NCBI GenBank assembly: GCA_903843235.1
Contig: CAIMOW010000045.1
Coordinates: forward strand, 1-54,082
DNA length: 54,082 bases
Reading direction: 5' to 3'
Source of the DNA: an uncultured beta proteobacterium
GTDB taxonomy: Bacteria > Pseudomonadota > Gammaproteobacteria > Burkholderiales > Burkholderiaceae
In this document: positions 48,595-54,082 of the stretch, piece by piece
Layout of the letters: each line of letters opens with the position of its first letter
Position numbering within the stretch: position 1 is the stretch's first letter
Made by a program: the position numbers and the translations under genes
Notes under the pieces: generated by a model
What the model was told of the DNA's origin: nothing
Databases searched by the model: none
What the model saw: only the letters and a program-made list of their open reading frames with translations

Positions 48595-48701
48595 TTGCTG
48601 TCGTTGCGATCAGCAGAGCCATAGAAGTCTGATATTCCCATAGAACCCAAACCTAAATCTGAACTAAGAGGGCCGTTTATACCAAGACATCGTCTTTTGA
48701 T
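48595..48701 (-). pseudogene. Remnant of an aldo/keto reductase N-terminus
   Basis: IKRRCLGINGPLSSDLGLGSMGISDFYGSADRNDS matches the AKR pattern R.LG..G..VS.LGLG.MGMS.FYG; the start position reads ATC and the rest of the gene is absent. Confidence 0.7.
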
Positions 48702-48824
48702 GAATATATGCTGAGCAAATAAATAGTATTAAACATAACCATAGTTGTGATTCTTTTCCCAGCTCTTGCAAAACAAAGTTCACATTACTGGTATACCATC
48801 TGCACAACTATTTAGGAGAAGCGC

Positions 48825-49871
48825 ATGCCATTAACATCCAGTTTTGCAGCCCAATCTGCCACATCACCGCTGGCACCATACGAGATCACTCGTCGAGAGG
48901 TAGGCCCCACGGATGTGCAAATCGATATTGAATATTGCGGCGTTTGCCATACCGATATTCATCAATCTAAAAATGATTGGGGTGCAAGCAATTACCCTGT
49001 AGTTCCTGGACATGAAATCGTTGGTAAAGTAATCACACTAGGATCAGAGGTCAAATATCTGAAGATCGGACAGCGCGTTGCTGTGGGTTGTTTTGTAGAC
49101 TCCTGCCATACCTGCTCTTCTTGCAAGGCTGATCTTGAGCAATATTGCCTCAATGGTTTCACGGCAACCTATAACAGCACTACTAAAGACCCAGGCGGCT
49201 TTACTTACGGCGGATACTCGAAAAGTATTGTGGTCGACACGCATTTTGTTCTAACTATTCCCGATGGATTGGATCCTGCTGGTGCAGCTCCACTGTTGTG
49301 CGCAGGCATTACAACTTACTCTCCTTTGCGTCATTGGGATATTAAGTCTGGCATGACGGTTGGCATCATCGGCTTAGGTGGCCTTGGACATATGGGTGTT
49401 AAGTTATCCCATGCGATGGGCGCTAAAACTGTCATGATCACAACTTCCAAAAATAAAGCTGCTGATGCAATGAAGCTTGGCGCTGACGAAGTACTGATCT
49501 CTACCGATGCCGTTGCAATGAATGCAATGACTAATCAATTTGATTTTTTACTCAACACCATTCCAGTACCACATGATTTTAACTACTACATGCCCTTGCT
49601 AAAAGTCGATGGCACGATGTGTATCGTAGGTTCTGTTGGGCCTACTGCTGAACTCAATACTGGACCATTGATTTTTGGTCGCAAGAGTGTTGCTGACTCA
49701 TTGGTGGGCGGCATCAACGAAACGCAAGAGATGCTGGAGTTTTGCGCAAAACACAATATTGTTTCTGAAATTGAAGTGATTAAGATGGAAGAAATTAATT
49801 ATGCCTATGAACGCATGCTCAAAAGTGATGTTAAATATCGCTTTGTGATAGATATGAATAGCCTTAGTTAA
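48825..49871 (+). CDS. Zn-dependent NADP(H) alcohol dehydrogenase (CAD/YahK/AdhC-like)
   Basis: CGVCHTD, PGHEIVG, four structural Cys, APLLCAGITTYSPL, GLGGLGH, VKYRFVID. Confidence 0.93.
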   Translation: MPLTSSFAAQSATSPLAPYEITRREVGPTDVQIDIEYCGVCHTDIHQSKNDWGASNYPVVPGHEIVGKVITLGSEVKYLKIGQRVAVGCFVDSCHTCSSCKADLEQYCLNGFTATYNSTTKDPGGFTYGGYSKSIVVDTHFVLTIPDGLDPAGAAPLLCAGITTYSPLRHWDIKSGMTVGIIGLGGLGHMGVKLSHAMGAKTVMITTSKNKAADAMKLGADEVLISTDAVAMNAMTNQFDFLLNTIPVPHDFNYYMPLLKVDGTMCIVGSVGPTAELNTGPLIFGRKSVADSLVGGINETQEMLEFCAKHNIVSEIEVIKMEEINYAYERMLKSDVKYRFVIDMNSLS

Positions 49872-49890
49872 TTAGCTTTTTTCCAGTTAT

Positions 49891-49965
49891 GGCGGAATGG
49901 CAGAGTGGTTATGCGTGAGATTGCAAATCTCACTACCCTGGTTCGATTCTAGGTTTCCGCCTCCA
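49891..49965 (+). tRNA. tRNA-Cys (GCA)
   Basis: Acceptor GGCGGAA/TTCCGCC, anticodon arm TGAGA-TTGCAAA-TCTCA, T arm CCTGG-TTCGATT-CTAGG, discriminator T, encoded CCA; one extra T between T stem and acceptor. Confidence 0.85.
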
Positions 49966-49993
49966 GCTAAGCGTTACTTAAAGTAATGCTCAA

Positions 49994-50021
49994 AAAATAC
50001 CAGTCCAAAGGCTGGTATTTT
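49994..50021 (+). terminator. Intrinsic terminator after tRNA-Cys
   Basis: AAAATACCAG-TCCAAAGG-CTGGTATTTT. Confidence 0.72.
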
Positions 50022-50027
50022 CATTTC

Positions 50028-50149
50028 TAGTGGACCCACTAGGACTTGAATCTGCGACCAAAGAATTATGAGAGCAGAAGCCCGATATAGAACTGTATAA
50101 GCAATAGGCCTACAGGTGGTGAGTATCAGCGCACAGTGTTATGTGTAGT
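50028..50149 (-). repeat. Degenerate att-like repeat, copy B: 3' half of a CAU-anticodon tRNA (Ile2/Met) plus flank
   Basis: Minus strand 50072-50028 reads CTCATAATTCTTTGGTCGCAGATTCAAGTCCTAGTGGGTCCACTA: anticodon loop, T-loop and decayed ACCA end, with no 5' half. Confidence 0.68.
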
Positions 50150-50152
50150 GAA

Positions 50153-50776
50153 TCAACTTACCAGCAATCCCTTTTCCTCAATAAACTCAATAATGCCTTG
50201 TAGTCCATCACCCGACTTAACGCTACCCATAATGAAGGGTCTATCACCGCGCATCTTTTTGGCGTCTGATTCCATGATGGGTAAAGATGCTCCCACATAA
50301 GGAGCAAGGTCAGTTTTATTGATGACTAGTAGATCAGACCTCGTAATGCCTGGCCCACCTTTACGAGGAATCTTCTCCCCTCCAGCAACATCGATCACAT
50401 AAATCGTTAGATCGGAAAGCTCAGGGCTAAAGGTTGCAGCTAAGTTATCCCCGCCTGATTCAATAAAAATAATGTCCACATCAGGAAACTGTTTTTGCAT
50501 CCGATCAACCGCCTCTAAATTGATAGAGGCATCTTCTCTAATAGCGGTATGCGGACAACCCCCTGTCTCCACCCCCATAATCCTCTCGGGATCTAGCGCT
50601 CCTGCAACAGTAAGTAGGCGCTGATCTTCTTTCGTGTAGATATCATTAGTAATGACCACTAAGTCATACCTGTGACGCATTGCTTTACAAAGCATCTCAA
50701 GCAAAGTTGTCTTGCCTGATCCGACAGGACCACCAATGCCAACCCGTAACGGGGGATTCTTTTTAGTTCTCATCAT
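50153..50776 (-). CDS. ureG: Urease accessory GTPase UreG
   Basis: [27 protein letters not shown]. Confidence 0.97.
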   Translation of the reverse strand: MMRTKKNPPLRVGIGGPVGSGKTTLLEMLCKAMRHRYDLVVITNDIYTKEDQRLLTVAGALDPERIMGVETGGCPHTAIREDASINLEAVDRMQKQFPDVDIIFIESGGDNLAATFSPELSDLTIYVIDVAGGEKIPRKGGPGITRSDLLVINKTDLAPYVGASLPIMESDAKKMRGDRPFIMGSVKSGDGLQGIIEFIEEKGLLVS

Positions 50777-50786
50777 TTGATTTCAT

Positions 50787-51479
50787 TTATGAACGGAATA
50801 ATCGGGAATACTGAGTCTCGTGCCTTGAAGAAAGGATGGCCAACATCGGTGAAAAATTATCAATCATCGATAATCCAGATTTAGCTCGATGTTCGGCTTC
50901 TTCAACCATTTCAGGGACAAGCAAGCGAATCTTTGTCAGCGCCCGCTGCCCTGCTACTTGACCCAGTGGTATCGCCTTTAGTGAAGCTGCCACTTGATTT
51001 TCAGTCCAAGAGAATGCATACGCAGCAAGCCCATTCTTTGCTTGAACATTCAAATGAAAGCATGCATAGCTGTGTGCAGTTAATAGGGATAGGGGTTTGA
51101 TTGTGGCTAATTGAATAAGGCTTTCGCCACCCCAGCCCAGTGATTGGGCGATTTGAAATAAAGACCAGCCCATCTGCTCTGTTTCAGATCTGAGTTCTGA
51201 GGTTTCGCGACTTACCAAGAAATACTCATTGAGCTTGTTTACTGCGTCGACATCCTTGCTGGCCCATGCCTCATAACTTAGAAGCCAAAGCGGCGCTTCA
51301 GATCTAGCAAACACACCTAAAAATACATCTTTGATCCATGCCTCTGCAGTTGAAGCATCCTTCACCAAGCCAGAATCAATGGCAGCTTCTAAACCCTGAG
51401 AATAGCTATATCCACCAATTGGCAATGCCGGGGAAGCCAACTGCATTAATGCAGTGATTTCGTTTAGATCAATGCTCAT
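50787..51479 (-). CDS. ureF: Urease accessory protein UreF
   Basis: [19 protein letters not shown]-terminal [11 protein letters not shown]; start 51479 overlaps the ureE end. Confidence 0.95.
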   Translation of the reverse strand: MSIDLNEITALMQLASPALPIGGYSYSQGLEAAIDSGLVKDASTAEAWIKDVFLGVFARSEAPLWLLSYEAWASKDVDAVNKLNEYFLVSRETSELRSETEQMGWSLFQIAQSLGWGGESLIQLATIKPLSLLTAHSYACFHLNVQAKNGLAAYAFSWTENQVAASLKAIPLGQVAGQRALTKIRLLVPEMVEEAEHRAKSGLSMIDNFSPMLAILSSRHETQYSRLFRS

Positions 51480-52065
51480 ATGAATGGTCGCGATCATCAT
51501 GATGATGGTGAGAGCAGCCAGGTCCGTGAACATGTGGCTTCTCATGCTCGGCATACACCTTCTGCGCTAATGCATAGTCACTATCGAATGTCTCCGCATG
51601 ACTATGGCGATGCCCACCTCCATACGCACCCGTTTCAGGCTCAAAGGGAGCAGATTCATGTTTAGTCTCTAGGCCCAATTGATGAATCATTCCCTCAAGT
51701 ACTGAATCGGGCTCAATCCTTAAAAATCCTTGACCTATCTGCACTGGGATATGTCGATTACCCAAGTGATAAACAGCCCTCATCAACTGATGTGCATCGC
51801 TAGAGGCAATTGTTAGTACCTCCTGGTCTGCCGCAGAAATGCGAATCATCGATCCATCATCGGCAATCAAAATATCGTTAGCTGCCAACACATTTCCTCT
51901 TGGCAAGAAAAAGTGCGCCTCGCGACCATCAGAAAGTTTTTCTGAAAAACGGCTTTTGTTACGCACCTCAAATGGCAACTTTAGTTCGAGCGCTCTAGCC
52001 AAGACTGCTTTGGCTAAGCCCTGTCCTTTGGGGATAATCTTCTCAATTCGGATAGGTTCTAACAT
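51469..52065 (-). CDS. ureE: Urease accessory nickel chaperone UreE
   Basis: [20 protein letters not shown], His-rich tail. Confidence 0.95.
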   Translation of the reverse strand: MLEPIRIEKIIPKGQGLAKAVLARALELKLPFEVRNKSRFSEKLSDGREAHFFLPRGNVLAANDILIADDGSMIRISAADQEVLTIASSDAHQLMRAVYHLGNRHIPVQIGQGFLRIEPDSVLEGMIHQLGLETKHESAPFEPETGAYGGGHRHSHAETFDSDYALAQKVYAEHEKPHVHGPGCSHHHHDDRDHSYEH

Positions 52066-52073
52066 TGCTTTCC

Positions 52074-53777
52074 CTAGAACAAGAAATAACGTTGGGCCAT
52101 TGGCAATACCTTGGCAGGCTCACAGGTCAACAATTCACCATTAGCGATCACTTGATAGGTCTCTGGATCAACAGTGATATTCGGTTGCCAATTGTTGTGA
52201 ATCATGTCTGCTTTAGTAATAGACCGACAATTCTTTACTACTTCAACTTGTTTCTCCAAACCATAAGTATCGCGAATATTGGCTTTCATCGCCGATTGCG
52301 AAATAAAGGTTAATGAACTGTGGCGAATTCCTTGTCCAATGCCTGCAAACATATTGCGGTAATGAACAGGTTGAGGTGTTGGAATAGATGCATTAGGATC
52401 ACCCATCGCCGCAGCCGCAATAGAGCCGCCCTTCAATATCAATGAAGGCTTTACCCCAAAGAAAGCCGGCTTCCAAAATACTAAATCTGCATACTTGCCT
52501 ACCTCAACAGAGCCCACAACATGTGAGATCCCATGGGTAATCGCAGGATTGATAGTGTACTTAGAGATATAACGCTTTACGCGGAAATTATCGTTCCGAT
52601 TAGTATCGCCAGGCAATAAACCACGCTGTGCTTTCATCTTGTCAGCAGTTTGCCAGGTCCGAATAATGACCTCGCCAACGCGCCCCATTGCCTGAGAGTC
52701 AGATGAGAGCATCGAAAACGCGCCAAGATCATGCAAGATATCTTCTGCGGCAATCGTTTCGCGACGAATACGAGACTCTGCAAACGCAATATCTTCAGCA
52801 ATAGATGCATCAAGATGGTGACATACCATCAACATGTCCAAATGCTCATCCAGAGTATTCACAGTAAACGGTCGCGTAGGATTGGTTGAGGATGGCAATA
52901 CATTTGACTCACCGCAGGCACGAATAATGTCTGGAGCATGACCGCCGCCAGCACCTTCAGTGTGATAGGTGTGAATCGCTCGGCCTTTGAATGCAGCCAA
53001 GGTAGTCTCTACAAATCCAGATTCATTCAAAGTATCGGTATGAATGGCGACCTGAGTATCTGTCTCATCCGCCACGCCTAAACAACAATCAATCGCAGCA
53101 GGAGTAGTTCCCCAGTCTTCGTGCAATTTCAAACCGATCGCACCTGCATCCACTTGCTCTCGCAAGCCTGCTGGCAAACTAGCATTGCCTTTACCCAATA
53201 ATCCGATATTCATGGGGTAAGCATCAATCGACTGCAACATTCTTTGGATATGCCAAGGCCCAGGAGTACAGGTAGTCGCAAAAGTTCCAGTTGCAGGACC
53301 CGTACCGCCACCAATCATCGTGGTTACACCAGACATCAAAGCTTCTTCAATTTGCTGCGGGCAAATAAAGTGGATATGGGTATCTATTCCACCTGCAGTG
53401 ACAATCATTCCTTCGCCAGCAATAATCTCTGTTCCAGGGCCAATGACAGAAGTAATACCAGGTTGAATATCAGGATTGCCTGCTTTACCAATATTGGAAA
53501 TACGACCATTTTTAATAGAGATATCAGCCTTGACAATTCCCCAGTGATCAATGATTACTGCATTAGTGATGACAGTATCAGCGCAATCTTTTGACTCTCG
53601 CTGACTCTGCCCCATGCCATCACGAATGACTTTGCCACCGCCAAACTTCACCTCTTCACCATAGATCGTGAAGTCTTTCTCGACCTCAATCATGAGGCCA
53701 GTATCTGCCAGCCGCAAGCGATCACCCACGGTAGGACCAAACATCTCAGCATAGGCTTGACGACCAATCTTAGCCAT
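52074..53777 (-). CDS. ureC: Urease subunit alpha
   Basis: [40 protein letters not shown]. Confidence 0.98.
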   Translation of the reverse strand: MAKIGRQAYAEMFGPTVGDRLRLADTGLMIEVEKDFTIYGEEVKFGGGKVIRDGMGQSQRESKDCADTVITNAVIIDHWGIVKADISIKNGRISNIGKAGNPDIQPGITSVIGPGTEIIAGEGMIVTAGGIDTHIHFICPQQIEEALMSGVTTMIGGGTGPATGTFATTCTPGPWHIQRMLQSIDAYPMNIGLLGKGNASLPAGLREQVDAGAIGLKLHEDWGTTPAAIDCCLGVADETDTQVAIHTDTLNESGFVETTLAAFKGRAIHTYHTEGAGGGHAPDIIRACGESNVLPSSTNPTRPFTVNTLDEHLDMLMVCHHLDASIAEDIAFAESRIRRETIAAEDILHDLGAFSMLSSDSQAMGRVGEVIIRTWQTADKMKAQRGLLPGDTNRNDNFRVKRYISKYTINPAITHGISHVVGSVEVGKYADLVFWKPAFFGVKPSLILKGGSIAAAAMGDPNASIPTPQPVHYRNMFAGIGQGIRHSSLTFISQSAMKANIRDTYGLEKQVEVVKNCRSITKADMIHNNWQPNITVDPETYQVIANGELLTCEPAKVLPMAQRYFLF

Positions 53778-54082
53778 TACACGCCTCCCATCACACGACC
53801 AGCAAAGCCATAAATTTTCTTATCGCCAGCTATCTCAACCAGTTCGACGGTGCGCTTTTGTCCAGGCTCAAAACGAACAGCAGTACCTGCAACGATATTT
53901 AATCGCATCCCCTTCGTCTTATCGCGATCAAACAATAGGGCATCGTTCACTTCAAAGAAGTGAAAATGGGAACCGATTTGAATAGGACGATCTCCGCTAT
54001 TAGAGACTTCAATTGAAAGTGTTTTTCGACCAACATTCAATTCAATATCTCCGGGCTCTACAAACATCTGTCCCGGAATAAA
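53777..54082 (-). CDS. ureB: Urease subunit beta, 5' end beyond the window
   Basis: Frame is open to the window edge ([11 protein letters not shown]...); [22 protein letters not shown]. Confidence 0.93.
   Translation of the reverse strand, partial: FIPGQMFVEPGDIELNVGRKTLSIEVSNSGDRPIQIGSHFHFFEVNDALLFDRDKTKGMRLNIVAGTAVRFEPGQKRTVELVEIAGDKKIYGFAGRVMGGV

Noticed and set aside
48459-48650. 63-aa ORF as a functional gene
   Set aside because: Only its first part belongs to the AKR remnant; the rest looks like read-through into non-coding DNA.
50028-50072. Intact tRNA-Met/Ile gene
   Set aside because: No 5' half or D arm, and the T arm and CCA are mutated; treated as an att scar.
51480-51554. N-terminal extension of UreF
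   Set aside because: Alternate frame of the UreE His-rich tail; UreF homology starts near 51479.
1-54082. CRISPR arrays, IS elements, integrases, prophage, rRNA, defence systems
   Set aside because: No regular repeat-spacer array or transposase, integrase, phage or rRNA signature seen. The DUF294 nucleotidyltransferase is the transporter-associated type, not a CBASS cyclase.

Overview
Bacterial chromosomal segment. Gene content (four Bug/TctC proteins, a phasin, actP) and AT-leaning composition suggest Betaproteobacteria, probably Polynucleobacter-like; this is an inference. Left end (1-11.2 kb): an Mto-type extracellular electron transfer conduit on the minus strand (mtoD monoheme, mtoA decaheme, mtoB porin, and a NapC/NirT cytochrome missed by the ORF track). 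It lies directly downstream of a dCache/PAS/HisKA_3 kinase and a NarL-type regulator, with a perfect 16-bp palindrome before mtoD and three FNR-type boxes in the block. Middle: a MarR-wrbA-cytochrome b561-2xYceI redox operon, hydrolases, qor, phasin, a cupin/NHL/SBP/MFS cluster, Bug transporters, a USP with its own FNR box, a DUF294-exonuclease pair beside yjcH-actP, and an organic-acid/aromatic catabolic cluster with pcaF. Right end: a 6.6-kb segment bracketed by two degenerate tRNA(CAU) 3'-end repeats (att-like scars). It carries Pho-box-associated genes (CYTH-CHAD, SixA, metallophosphoesterase), two pseudogenes, an ADH and a slightly atypical tRNA-Cys, followed by ureB(partial)CEFG. All calls come from reading motifs by eye; no database searches were run.
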